A stretch of DNA of 64,000 nt from Candidatus Latescibacterota bacterium (lineage in GTDB: Bacteria > Latescibacterota > UBA2968 > UBA8231): the NCBI GenBank assembly GCA_965203175.1, contig OZ241867.1, forward strand, positions 896,001 through 960,000. The letters run 5' to 3'. Shown in pieces: positions 25,856 through 36,700 of this stretch. The position numbers were made by a program, and so were the translations under genes. Positions within the stretch are counted from its first letter, which is position 1; every line of letters begins with the position of its first letter. Below the pieces are notes generated by a model, which did no database searches, was not told where the DNA came from, and was given only the letters and a program-made list of their open reading frames with translations.

Positions 25856-27751
25856 ATGCGCTACGCTACCCGCTTCAACGGCATCCCCCTGTCTGTCACC
25901 CTCGCAGCGGACCCAGCGTTGGACGACCAGCAAATCGACGCCCCCGGCACCTATGCGGATTACCACTACGAGTACTCCTGCACCGAAACGCCGCTCGGCC
26001 CCAAAAGTCTGCTGCTGAAATTGCAATTGCGCCGGGTGGATGGCAGCCCATTCAAAGTCTCCGCGTTCAAAGCAGAAACCGCAGTCCCCGGCTTGGACCT
26101 ACACCGCGTCTTCGTGCCCGTGCTACACGAGGCCATCGGCAAACGCGACCTAATCAGCCTGCCTTGGGGTGTCGAGGAGCGCACCTTCACCTCTTGGTCC
26201 TTTCCCTTCGTCGCCGCGTTAAACCGCTTTGACCAAAACCGCTTCTGCATGGGCTTTATGGACCACGTCCATGCGGCGGATACCCGTCATAGCTGCTACG
26301 ACGAAGACGCCAACATGTCCTTGCAGCGCCTCTTCGATCCCGCTCCCCGCGAGACGAACGTCTGGGAAGAGACGCTCTACGTGTCCTGTGAGGACCGCCC
26401 CATCTTCGACGAGGTGCGCGCCTTCTCGCGCGCCTACGACGAACTGCACAAAGTCGCCCTGCCGCCAGCGCCGCCCTCGGTGTGGGAGCCGGTCTGGTGC
26501 TCTTGGTACGGCATCAAAAACGATGTCGATGCCGACTATATCCGCTCTATGGTGCCCCTGCTCAAAGAATGGGGCATCGGCAATATCATCGTCGATGCAG
26601 GCTGGTTCAAAGGCGACGGCTTCGACCCCGACACCGGCCACTACGTTCCCGACGCAAGCAAATTCCCCGACCTCAAGGGCCTCGTCGCAGAGGTTCAATC
26701 CCAGGGCTTGACCATCCTGCTGTGGTGCGCGCCGCTGTTCAATATCAGCGATCTGGCCGACGTGCCCTTCATCCAAAAGCACCGTTTCCGGGCCAGAGAC
26801 TCTGACGACGCGAACAACTTCCTCTGTCCCCGCTGCCCTGCGGTGCGCCAATACGCCTATCGCACAGTCAAACACCTGATGCAGACCTACGGCTGCAACG
26901 GCCTCAAGATCGACTTCATCGACCCACTGCGAGACCGCGCCAGCCTGCCCTGCACCACCGACCACGAGCACGATATCGCCGACTACGGCGAGGCTGTCCA
27001 CGATCTGCTCCAAGGCATCTACCAAGCCGCCACGCAAGTGCGCGCCGACGCCCTGCTCGAATACCGCATGAACTACTCAACCCTCGTCACCCGGCCCTTT
27101 GCCACCAGCCACCGCGCCCAAGACGCGCCCTTCGACCCCGACCACATCCGCCGCATGTGTACTCGGCTCAAAAGCTATATCCTCAACCCAGAAGCTGGCC
27201 GCGAGGGCAACGTGGCCGTACACACGGACCCAGCCTATTGGCTACCCGAGGAAAGTCCTGAGAACGTCGCCCGCTTTATGGCCAGCCTCGTCACAAGTGC
27301 CGTGCCCATGCTGTCGATGGATTTGCGCGCTTTGCCCGCAGAGCACCAGCGCATCACCCGCGCTTGGCTCGCCTTTTATCGCCAGCACTGCGACTTGTTG
27401 CTCTTCGGCCACCAGCAACTCCTCAGCGCCGATTCGCACCACTCGCTCTTTTCCCTGCACCTCGGCGACGAAGCCCTCTGGGGCGCTTTTACCCCTACCT
27501 TCCCCGGCGTACTCACAGTACCATCGGAGAATATCCGCCGTATGTGGATCCTCAACGGCGGTGCCCAAAAACGCCTCTATACCCGTCTAGAAGGCGTCGA
27601 AGGCGAATGCCTCCAAGTCCAGGTTTACGACCGTGGGCTAGAAAAGTCCGCCATCCTCAAATTACCAATGGAAGACCGTACCGTTATCCTAGATCTTCCG
27701 GTGGAAATCGGTGGTGCCCTTGAACTACAGTCAGGTAGTGCATGTCTCTAA
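25856..27751 (+). CDS. Glycoside hydrolase family 36 (alpha-galactosidase-like)
   Basis: WCSWY, VDAGW, KFPDLKGL, LWCAP, KIDF (nucleophile), RAQD motifs; no signal peptide. Confidence 0.85.
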   Translation: MRYATRFNGIPLSVTLAADPALDDQQIDAPGTYADYHYEYSCTETPLGPKSLLLKLQLRRVDGSPFKVSAFKAETAVPGLDLHRVFVPVLHEAIGKRDLISLPWGVEERTFTSWSFPFVAALNRFDQNRFCMGFMDHVHAADTRHSCYDEDANMSLQRLFDPAPRETNVWEETLYVSCEDRPIFDEVRAFSRAYDELHKVALPPAPPSVWEPVWCSWYGIKNDVDADYIRSMVPLLKEWGIGNIIVDAGWFKGDGFDPDTGHYVPDASKFPDLKGLVAEVQSQGLTILLWCAPLFNISDLADVPFIQKHRFRARDSDDANNFLCPRCPAVRQYAYRTVKHLMQTYGCNGLKIDFIDPLRDRASLPCTTDHEHDIADYGEAVHDLLQGIYQAATQVRADALLEYRMNYSTLVTRPFATSHRAQDAPFDPDHIRRMCTRLKSYILNPEAGREGNVAVHTDPAYWLPEESPENVARFMASLVTSAVPMLSMDLRALPAEHQRITRAWLAFYRQHCDLLLFGHQQLLSADSHHSLFSLHLGDEALWGAFTPTFPGVLTVPSENIRRMWILNGGAQKRLYTRLEGVEGECLQVQVYDRGLEKSAILKLPMEDRTVILDLPVEIGGALELQSGSACL

Positions 27752-29661
27752 TTCTAATTCTCTTGTCTTTGTCGGCAGCGATCCAAATAAACGCAGCCAA
27801 TCCACCCACTGCTGTCGGCGTCCCCCCAGAAGTGCTGGATCCCCCTTGGCTGGAGACCCGTCGCCACGCCCAAGTAGCCGCAGCCGCAGACTATGCGGTC
27901 TTCTGCGATTTCAGCTTCACCGACCGCCAGCCCACAAGCGGCATTGCCTTCCACCACCGCATCGTCGATGACTCAGGGCGACACTACCGGCCCAATCATT
28001 ACGATCACGGCAATGGAATTGCCTTGGCGGATGTCGATGGCGACGGGCGCACAGACCTCTACTTCGTCAACCAAACCGGGCCGAACGGGCTGTGGCGCAA
28101 CGCGGGCGACGGCCAATTCACCGACATCACCGAGCAGGGCGGCGTGGCACTTGTAGACCGCATCGGCGTGACCGCTTCCTTCGCCGACCTAGACAACGAC
28201 GGAGCACCCGACCTATACGTCACCAACGTGCGCGTGGGCAATGTCCTCTTCCACAACCAAGGCGACGGGCGCTTTGCGGATATCTCGCAAGCGTCTGGCC
28301 TCGACCACCAAGGACATTCTTCGGCGGCCCTCTTCTTCGACTACGACCGCGACGGACAACTCGACCTCTTTTTGACCAATGTTGGGCAGTACACCGAGCG
28401 CGGCGATCCAATCGCGGTTGTCGGCTTTGCGCCCGAGGAGCAACCAGAGCAGCACCACTACTACGTCGGCTTCAAAGACGCCTTTGCCGGACACCTCAAG
28501 CCCGAGCGCACCGAGCAAAGTCTGCTCTTCCGCAATCTGGGCGACAATCGCTTTGTCGATGTGACCGAAGAGGTTGGAATCAAGGCCGATGGTTGGTCCG
28601 GCGACGCAATGCCGCTGGACGCCAACGAAGACGGCTGGCCAGACCTGTACGTGCTGAACATGCAGGGGCACGACCAATACTACGAAAACGACCAAGGCCA
28701 GCGCTTTATCGACAAGAGCCTAACGGTCTTCCCGCGCACGCCATGGGGGGCCATGTCGGCCCAAATTCTCGACTTTGACAACGACGGCCACCAAGACCTC
28801 TACATCACCGACATGCACTCGGACATGAGCGAAGACATCGAGCCAGAGCGCGAAAAACTCAAATCGCGCATGCAGTGGACCGAGAGCTTTCTTCGCTCGG
28901 GCGGGCGCAGCATCTACGGCAACGCCTTTTACCACCGCCAAGCCGACGGCACGTACGCCGAAATTTCCGACTCTATCGGCGCGGAAAATTACTGGCCTTG
29001 GGGACTGAGCGCGGGCGACCTCAACGCCGACGGGTACGAAGATGTCTTTATCACCGCCAGCATGAACTACGCCTTCCGCTACGCAGTCAACTCCCTGTTG
29101 CTCAACAGCCGCGGCAAGGGCTTCCTCGACGCTGAATTTGCCCTTGGCGTTGAGCCGCGACGCGAGGGACGCACGGCCATGCCGTGGTTTGCCTTAGATT
29201 GCGCTGGAGAGTACGCAACCCATCCCGACTGCGAGGGGCGCAGCGGCCCTCACGTCTTCTGGGGTGCGCTGGGATCGCGCGCGTCGGCACTGGCGGACTT
29301 GGACGACGACGGCGACCTAGACATCGTCACCAACGAGTTCAATGCGCCGCCACTGCTGTTAATCAGCGATCTGAGCGACCAAAAAGCGGATCTCAACTTT
29401 CTCAAGCTCCGCCTGATAGGCACCCGCTCTAACCGCGATGGCCTCGGCGCAGTAGTCAGCGTCCACACCCGTACCCGAACCTACACCCGAGTACACGACG
29501 GCAAGTCCGGTTATCTCTCGCAGAGCCTCTTACCGCTCTACTTCGGACTCGGGCCGGCCAACACCGTCGAGCGCATCGAGGTGCAGTGGCCCTCTGGCAC
29601 CGCGCAGACCGTCGCCGGTCCCATCGAGAGCAATCAGCTCGTCGAAATCAAGGAGCCGTAG
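27742..29661 (+). CDS. CRTAC1-family protein (FG-GAP repeats + ASPIC/UnbV)
   Basis: Signal peptide, DVDGDGRTDLY and DYDRDGQLDLF repeats, SNRDGLGA...GYLSQS...FGLG...WPSG. Confidence 0.92.
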   Translation: MSLILILLSLSAAIQINAANPPTAVGVPPEVLDPPWLETRRHAQVAAAADYAVFCDFSFTDRQPTSGIAFHHRIVDDSGRHYRPNHYDHGNGIALADVDGDGRTDLYFVNQTGPNGLWRNAGDGQFTDITEQGGVALVDRIGVTASFADLDNDGAPDLYVTNVRVGNVLFHNQGDGRFADISQASGLDHQGHSSAALFFDYDRDGQLDLFLTNVGQYTERGDPIAVVGFAPEEQPEQHHYYVGFKDAFAGHLKPERTEQSLLFRNLGDNRFVDVTEEVGIKADGWSGDAMPLDANEDGWPDLYVLNMQGHDQYYENDQGQRFIDKSLTVFPRTPWGAMSAQILDFDNDGHQDLYITDMHSDMSEDIEPEREKLKSRMQWTESFLRSGGRSIYGNAFYHRQADGTYAEISDSIGAENYWPWGLSAGDLNADGYEDVFITASMNYAFRYAVNSLLLNSRGKGFLDAEFALGVEPRREGRTAMPWFALDCAGEYATHPDCEGRSGPHVFWGALGSRASALADLDDDGDLDIVTNEFNAPPLLLISDLSDQKADLNFLKLRLIGTRSNRDGLGAVVSVHTRTRTYTRVHDGKSGYLSQSLLPLYFGLGPANTVERIEVQWPSGTAQTVAGPIESNQLVEIKEP

Positions 29662-32161
29662 CGCGTCCGCGCAGTTGTTTGAGTCCGCGCAGTGCGCCGC
29701 GCTCTCCAGGGTCTATTTCCCGCGCCCGCGCAAAGTCCACTGCCGCTCGCTCCCCATCCTTTTCGAGCAGGGCAATCGTCCCGAGCACAGTATGCCGCCG
29801 GGCGGCCAAGCGCCGTTCGAGTGCTTCGACAAGCTCTGTGGGAATATCTGCCGAGAGGTACAGTCGCGGATTGACGACTAGGTGCTCAACCAAGCTCTTG
29901 AGCACGGGTAGGCCGCCGCTGGTGCCTCGGCGGCGGCGGTCGGTAAAGCTGATGTAGGGGCGGTCGTCCGTATTGATCGGCCCGCTGCCCGCGTAGGCGG
30001 CTAGCTCCTTTTCTCCCAAGACCAAGGCACTCAAAAAAGAGGGCGGATCGCCCAAATCCACCGAGCGCAAATTCGCCCGCACTGTCGGCTGCCCGAGCTT
30101 GTGCTCAAGTGCATCGTAGTCTATGTGCAGTGTGCCCGGCGTGCCCAGCAGGATCGAGTACTGGTGGGTCAACCACAGCGAAGCGTGCGGATACACGGCC
30201 CGGAAGGTCCGCAGAATCATCTTGTAGTCTTCCACCGACAGCCCGTGCAGCGGCAACCACTGCGCGACTAGCCCGTCCGGGCCGACGCGGCCGCGGCAGA
30301 GCCGGTAGAACTCCTCCGTATAGAGCACCCAACTATCGGCCGTGCCCGGATGCGTGGCGTCGCAGATGATGGCGTCGTATTGCCGCTGCGTGCGCAGCAC
30401 GTGGTTGCGACCGTCTTCGGCGACCAGTTCGATGGGCGCTTGGTCGAGGCGCGTGGCGATCTGGCGGTTGTAGCGGGCAAAATAGGGCGCGGCTCGCGGG
30501 ACGCCCGGCACCAACTCGGCACAATCGAGACGCTCCGGCTCGTGCAATTCGGCTGCGGACAGGGTGATGCCGCCGCCAAAAGCAATGACCAGCACTTCGG
30601 CTGGGTCGGGATGTAAAATCAGCGGCAAGTGCCCCAGCAAGCGGAAGGTCTGCAGCGAAGCATAGTCAGTGGGGACCTCGCCGCCGCCGTTGACCTTGAG
30701 AATCCGCACGCCGTCCTGTTTCTGGTGGACCGAGACCGTGGCACCAGCGCCCTCGTCCCAGTAGAGCAAGCGGCTTTTTGGCTCCGACCAGTGGAACAAC
30801 TCGACGAAGAGGCCGGCCGGCAAGAGCAGCATCAAGACCAGCCCCAGCGCCAAGCCACCGACCGTGCGCACGGCCTTTCTACGCAACTGCGCCGCCGGGT
30901 CCAGTGCCAAAATCACCGCGCCGACGGCGATATTAACCCACGCCAACACCTGGATGCTCCGATAGGTGCCCAGCATAGGCAGCAGCACAAACCCGGCGAC
31001 CAGTGCGCCGGCAATGGCTCCCAGCGTATTGGCGGCGTACACGGTGCCGACGCCGCGCCCTAGCTGCTCAATGCGCGGGATGCACGCCTTAGCCGCAATG
31101 GGAAAGAGCAACCCCATCAGCAGCGTCGCCGGGAGCATCACGACGAACGCAGCGACGAACAGCTTGGACAGATGGCCTTCCCACGAGAGCGCGCCGCCCC
31201 ACGCCTCGACGATATAGGGTATGCTGCCAAAAGCGGCAATCGAGCTTAGGCCGCACAATCCGATGAGCAGTTCCACCGCGCCAAAGGCAGCCAGCGGCGT
31301 GCGCCAGCGATCGATCAAGCGCGCCCCGAGCGCGGCCCCACCAGCCAACCCCAACAGGAAGGCGACGAGGATCGTGCTCAGGGTTTGGGCGGTGGCACTT
31401 TGCAGGAGCATCGCCAAAAGCCGCGTCCACAGCACCTCGTAGCCGAGGGCCACAAACCCCGAGAGCGCAAATCCCCCCAGGACCAACCGGCCCTCTAACG
31501 TGGTGGGCACCGCATCTCGTCCTACGCCCGGCTGCTCCTGCTGGCCATCGCGGCTCCAGCGATAGGCGACCAAGGCGATGAGCAGATTGCCCGCCGCCGC
31601 CGCGTACGTGGTGCCGCTGACGCCCAGATATTCAAGCGCGAAAAAGGCCGCCACCGCGCATCCTGCGGCCGCGCCTAGCGTATTGGCCGCATACAGGCGT
31701 CCCATATCCCCGCCGACTCGCTCCAAGCGATGCGCCACGGCCTTGCTCAGCGTCGGCAGGGTGGCGCCCATGAGGGTAGTCGGCACCAGCAGCAGCGCGA
31801 ACGCGAGCACCAAGCGGACGAGCACAAAGGCTCCGTCTATTCCCTGCAAAGAGCCGTATAGCGCCGTGTACACCTCGTCTAAGCCCGTGAGCAAAAGCGG
31901 GAATACCAGAGCGAAGACGCCTATCCCCAATTCCAACAGCGCGTAGAGCCGCAGGCCGTTGCCCCGGCGATCGGCCACCCGCCCGCACCAATAACTGCCC
32001 AAGGCGAGACCGGCCATAAAGGCGGCTAGGACGATGCTGACAGCAAAGGTGCTGACCCCGAACACGGGCATCAACATGCGCACCCAGACGACTTGATAGA
32101 CGAGGGAGCAGGCCCCGGAAAAAAAGAATAGGACCAGCAGAGCCAAGGGGGTTTTGCTCAC
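29648..32161 (-). CDS. Fused MFS-like membrane domain / spermidine-synthase-like methyltransferase
   Basis: FFSGACSLVYQVVW and LYAANTLGA (twice) membrane motifs; IAFGGG, EDGR, DAIICD; GTG start after AAAGGA; converges on and overlaps the upstream CRTAC1 gene by 14 bp. Confidence 0.88.
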   Translation of the reverse strand: MSKTPLALLVLFFFSGACSLVYQVVWVRMLMPVFGVSTFAVSIVLAAFMAGLALGSYWCGRVADRRGNGLRLYALLELGIGVFALVFPLLLTGLDEVYTALYGSLQGIDGAFVLVRLVLAFALLLVPTTLMGATLPTLSKAVAHRLERVGGDMGRLYAANTLGAAAGCAVAAFFALEYLGVSGTTYAAAAGNLLIALVAYRWSRDGQQEQPGVGRDAVPTTLEGRLVLGGFALSGFVALGYEVLWTRLLAMLLQSATAQTLSTILVAFLLGLAGGAALGARLIDRWRTPLAAFGAVELLIGLCGLSSIAAFGSIPYIVEAWGGALSWEGHLSKLFVAAFVVMLPATLLMGLLFPIAAKACIPRIEQLGRGVGTVYAANTLGAIAGALVAGFVLLPMLGTYRSIQVLAWVNIAVGAVILALDPAAQLRRKAVRTVGGLALGLVLMLLLPAGLFVELFHWSEPKSRLLYWDEGAGATVSVHQKQDGVRILKVNGGGEVPTDYASLQTFRLLGHLPLILHPDPAEVLVIAFGGGITLSAAELHEPERLDCAELVPGVPRAAPYFARYNRQIATRLDQAPIELVAEDGRNHVLRTQRQYDAIICDATHPGTADSWVLYTEEFYRLCRGRVGPDGLVAQWLPLHGLSVEDYKMILRTFRAVYPHASLWLTHQYSILLGTPGTLHIDYDALEHKLGQPTVRANLRSVDLGDPPSFLSALVLGEKELAAYAGSGPINTDDRPYISFTDRRRRGTSGGLPVLKSLVEHLVVNPRLYLSADIPTELVEALERRLAARRHTVLGTIALLEKDGERAAVDFARAREIDPGERGALRGLKQLRGRATAP

Positions 32162-32284
32162 GACCGATCCTTTGTATAGCAATTCGTAGTCATTTACAAA
32201 TGATAAGCATGGGTTGGTTCCCCAACACTTGCAAAAAGTCATTCCGGTGAATATCAGAATCCAGAGGGACGGTCTGAGTGGCGA

Positions 32285-32538
32285 TTTTCTATCCAAATTC
32301 GTCACCGACCAGTTTCGTTCTAATTACGCTATTGAGTAAAATTACTCAGTAGTATAATTTAATCTGTATGGCACTCTTCCAACGTCCTCAAGTCGCCACG
32401 CTCTACAGCCGTTTTCTATTCAAATTCGTCACCGACCAGTTTCGTGCTAATTACGCTATTGAGTAAAATTACTCAGTAGTATAATTTAATCTGTATGGCA
32501 CTCTTCCAACGTCCTCAAGTCGCCACGCTCTACAGCCG
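32285..32538 (+). repeat. Tandem direct duplication, 2 x 127 bp (32285-32411, 32412-32538), with 2 mismatches
   Basis: Direct comparison; each unit holds the promoter and the first ~14 codons (ATGGCACTCTTCCAACGT...) of the ATPase. Confidence 0.95.
32460..32485 (+). promoter_or_regulatory. Palindrome TGAGTAA-aa-TTACTCA followed by TATAAT, 9 nt before the ATG (second copy at 32333-32358)
   Basis: Perfect 7-bp inverted repeat; consensus -10 box; no SD sequence before ATG 32495. Confidence 0.65.
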
Positions 32539-33745
32539 GCTTGCCGAGCCGCCCCGGCAGCTTATTGCCCTGTTCGGGCCGCGCCAAACCGGCAAGACCA
32601 CCATTGTGCGCCAAGCACTGCGGCAGATTGACCTCGAAAGCCGCTACTTGGCCGTTGATGAACCTGACTCTACCGAATTTCGCGTCCCATCCGCTACGAC
32701 GGAGGCGACCTTCCTTGCTCCCCAAGTACGAGACGCGGAATGGCTGGTGCGCCACTGGGAAGAAGCCCGGCGCGAGGCGGAACAATTGGGGGGATTCGTG
32801 CTGGTGTTCGACGAGATTCAGAAGGTTCCCCAGTGGTCGGAGATCATCAAGGGCCTGTGGGACGCCGACCGCGCCAGAGATTGTCCCTTGCACGTGGTCA
32901 TCCTCGGCTCGGCCCCACTGCTCATGCAATCGGGATTGAGCGAGAGCCTCGCCGGCCGCTTTGAATCTATTCGCGTCACTCACTGGTCGTTCGACGAAAT
33001 GTCCGCGGCCTTCGACTTCGACCTGCCGCGCTACCTCTACTTTGGTAGCTACCCAGGCGCGGCTCCGTTCGTTCGGGACCCGGATCGATGGCGCGATTAT
33101 ATCCTCGGCGCACTCGTCGAGCCGAATATCGAACGCGACCTCCTCGCCATGACCCGAGTGGACAAACCAGCGCTGCTGAAGCGGCTTTTTGAGTTGGGAG
33201 CCGTCTATTCCGGGCAGATCCTGTCGTACACCAAAATGCTGGGACAGCTCCAAGACGCCGGCAACACGACCACCCTAGCGCGCTACCTCGATTTGCTTGC
33301 GAGCGCCGGATTGTTGGCTGGGGTGCCGAAATACGCGGGTCGAGTGCATCGGGTTCGCGCCTCAAGCCCCAAGCTCAATGTGCTCAACACGGCCCTGATG
33401 ACCGCCGGTTCAGGGTATTCCTTCGTTGAGGCGCAGGCGGACCGCAGCTTCTGGGGGCGCATCGTCGAGAGCGCGGTCGGCGCACACTTGTTCAACACTG
33501 CGACATCCGACATCCGTCTTCACTACTGGCGAGACGGGTCGCACGAGGTTGACTTCGTCCTGCAACGGGGCACTCGAATCGTCGCCATCGAAGTGAAAAG
33601 CGGCGCGAAGAGAATGCCCTTGGGAGGCATGGAAGAGTTTGAGCAGCGCTTTAGTCCCCGTCGCTCGCTGCTCGTTGGAGAAGGCGGGGTACCGCTCAAC
33701 GAGTTTCTCACGGCACCCGCTCATTACTGGTTCGAGGAAGCATGA
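32495..33745 (+). CDS. AAA_14 ATPase with C-terminal DUF4143 (restriction-endonuclease-like) domain
   Basis: GPRQTGKTT Walker A, VFDEIQ Walker B, ESLAGR, EVDFV...IEVKSG. Confidence 0.92.
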   Translation: MALFQRPQVATLYSRLAEPPRQLIALFGPRQTGKTTIVRQALRQIDLESRYLAVDEPDSTEFRVPSATTEATFLAPQVRDAEWLVRHWEEARREAEQLGGFVLVFDEIQKVPQWSEIIKGLWDADRARDCPLHVVILGSAPLLMQSGLSESLAGRFESIRVTHWSFDEMSAAFDFDLPRYLYFGSYPGAAPFVRDPDRWRDYILGALVEPNIERDLLAMTRVDKPALLKRLFELGAVYSGQILSYTKMLGQLQDAGNTTTLARYLDLLASAGLLAGVPKYAGRVHRVRASSPKLNVLNTALMTAGSGYSFVEAQADRSFWGRIVESAVGAHLFNTATSDIRLHYWRDGSHEVDFVLQRGTRIVAIEVKSGAKRMPLGGMEEFEQRFSPRRSLLVGEGGVPLNEFLTAPAHYWFEEA

Positions 33746-36700
33746 GCATAATCGTCCCCCGTACCTGCACTGAAATCTCAGCGGAGAATGCGGATCAGCA
33801 TCGGGAGAAGGAGTCTCGGCCTCTCGAAGCGTTCCGGGATACACCGGCCTATGTGTTGCTTGGCGATCCTGGGGCAGGCAAGACGACTGCGTTTGAGGCC
33901 GAGTGCGAGGCGCTTGGGGAGAAAGCCTGCCTGATTATAGCCCGAGACTTCCTGACCTTCGACCCACAGAGCCATCCCGAATGGCAAGACAAGACGCTCT
34001 TTATCGACGGACTTGATGAAACCCGCGTCGGCGCGAACGACACTCGCACACCCTTTGACCAGATCCGTGGGCGTCTCGACGAGTTGGGGAAGCCCCACTT
34101 TCGCCTTTCGTGTCGGGAAGCGGACTGGCTAGGGGCAAATGATCAGAAGCACTTGGAATCTGTCTCACTGGACTCCAAGGTAACTGTTCTGCGGCTCAAT
34201 CCCCTGACGGATTCGGACATCGCCGACATCCTAAACACCAGATCGGACATCGGCGATGCTCAGGCATTTATCGCCTTAGCCCAAGAGCAGAGAGTTTATG
34301 AACTGCTGAAGAATCCACAGACCCTCAAGATGTTGGCCGATGTTGTGGCCCAAGGCGGCGGGTGGCCGAAAAGTCGCAAAGAAACTTTTGAGATGGCTTG
34401 TGGTCGGATGGTTCTCGAGCACAACGAAGAGCATCAAGCGGCGCAGGAATCAAAAAGTCCACCTGCACCCGACCGGCTCCTCGATGCCGCAGGGCGGCTC
34501 TGCGCTGTTCAATTGATTTCGGGTGCCGCCGGATACACGTTGCGCGGCCAAGCGGACGGAGAGTACCCCACTCCGGACCAGTGCGACTACGATAGCCACG
34601 AAGCGCTCCGATCTGCACTCGCCACGAAGTTATTCAAGGGCGTGTCCGATAACCGCTTCGCCCCGGTTCACCGCCACATCGCCGAATTCCTCGGTGCTCG
34701 GCACCTCGCCCAAGTCATTGACAGGGAGCCCCTCCCGGCGCGACGCATAATCGCCCTGATTGCGGGAGAGGACGGCACCGTGGTTACGGAGATGAGGGGC
34801 TTGTCGGCTTGGCTCGCGGCCCATTGCAAGGACGCCCGGGCGGACCTCATCGAACGCGATCCTATCGGCGTTGGGCTATACGGTGACATCCGCGAGTTCT
34901 CCACCGACGAGAAACGTGCGCTTTTGAAATGCTTGAACCGCGAGGCGTCCCGACTTGATTCCGCGTTTCTGAAAACCACGGCTTTTGGTGCGCTCGCCAC
35001 ACCCGATATGGAATCCCTACTAGGGGAAATCCTGAAGGGTAGCGCACGTGACAAGGACCACCAAATATTTATTGGATTCATATTGAACGTTTTGAGTGAA
35101 AGTAGCCCTCTACCGAATCTTTCCGAGATTCTGCTCGAAATCGTCCGCGACGACACGTGGTGGCCGGGTATCGATATATCGGCCCTTGGTGCCTTTATCA
35201 AAAACTGCCCGGACAGCCAAGATAAAACAAACATGCTCAAAGCGTTGCTGGCAGATATTCAAAACGGGAGTGTCTCCGGTCCAAATACCCAATACTTTGA
35301 GAGCCTGATAGCTCAGCAACTTGAGTCGGCGGCCCCTGACCCTATCAGTCGAAGCGTCAGCGAGGACCTGTCTCTAGAAGCCCCGCAGGAACATGCACGG
35401 GAAAACGAGCGGATAACGGCGATAGATATGGAGCGACTACGTCCCTCTTGGGCCACCCCGCCCAAGTCTCTGGCAAAAGAACAAGAACAAGAGGAATGGC
35501 TTAACCGTGTCCGGTCCAACAAGATCGCACTGTGTGAAAATCGCGCCACGCTCGATCTACTTTATCGCATAGGATTCGAGTACTTCGGATTCTTCTATGA
35601 TTTCAATGGCGATAAAGGACTGAAGTCCATCGAGAAGTGGCTTCTAGGCGACCACGGTTTGATCAATGCCGCTCTTGAGGGCCTTCAGGGCACGATTAAT
35701 CGGGAGGATGCTCCAGATGCCGAAGATATTCTCGGTCTTAAAGAGAAGGGCCGCACACATTATCTCGGCTTGCCGTTCCTTGCGGGCTTGGCCGAAGTCG
35801 AAAGGACAACGCCGGAAGATCCATCCCAATGGGACGACGACCAGATTCGCACGGCACTCGCTTTCTATTACTCTACGCCCCATGCCGATTATCGACCCAA
35901 ATGGTATCAACGCCTGCTTGTGGCGTGTCCTGAAATCGTCGCCGATGTGCAGAGGCAATTCGCCGTTTGTGAATTCCGCAGAAGTACTGAGCATATCTAC
36001 AAGCTCTATGAACTCGCATACGACCCGGACCACTCTCAAGTCGCCAAACACGCGAGCCTGCCCCTACTACGCGCCTTTCCGACTCGCTGCAAGCTAAAGC
36101 AGATTCAATCACTAGATTATCTGCTCTGGGCCGCAATTCAGCACGCGGACAGAGCGTCGCTTCAGGAAGTGATTGAAAAGAAGCTCTCCTCAAATAGCAT
36201 GAATGTCGCCCAACGTGTGCATTGGTTAGCGGCGAGCATCATCGTTTCGCCAAGGGCGCACAATGAGATCCTAAGCGACGTACGGGATCGAAAAGGCCGG
36301 ATTCATCACTTGGCTAAGTTTTTCTTCCCTGACGATCAAGTGCGACCTTCGCTCCCTGAACTGAGGGTTGAGGTCTTGGAACTCCTCATCCGCCTCGTTG
36401 GCAGCTACGTCGGCTCCGATAAGTGGAAGGAAGGAGGACTAGTTACGCCTGCGCAGCGAGCCTCTCACCTTGTCAACGACCTGATCCAACGCCTCGCCGC
36501 TTCTCCCACCAAGGACGCGAGCCAAGCACTGGCCGCGCTTCTTGCAGACCCGGCGCTATCGGCTTGGAGCGACGTTCTATCACGGGCGCAGGATGCCCAA
36601 CGGATCACTTGGCGCGACGCTAGCTATCGCCCCCCCACTATCGAGCAGGTCTGCCAGACATTGAATGGCGGTACGCCCGCCAACCCCGGCGATCTCGCAG

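Noticed and set aside
32285-32538. Possible CRISPR array or IS ends
   Set aside because: Only two contiguous 127-bp units with no spacers; no cas or transposase gene nearby
32486-33253. 255-aa antisense ORF opposite the AAA ATPase
   Set aside because: Shadow of a well-supported gene; no independent motifs
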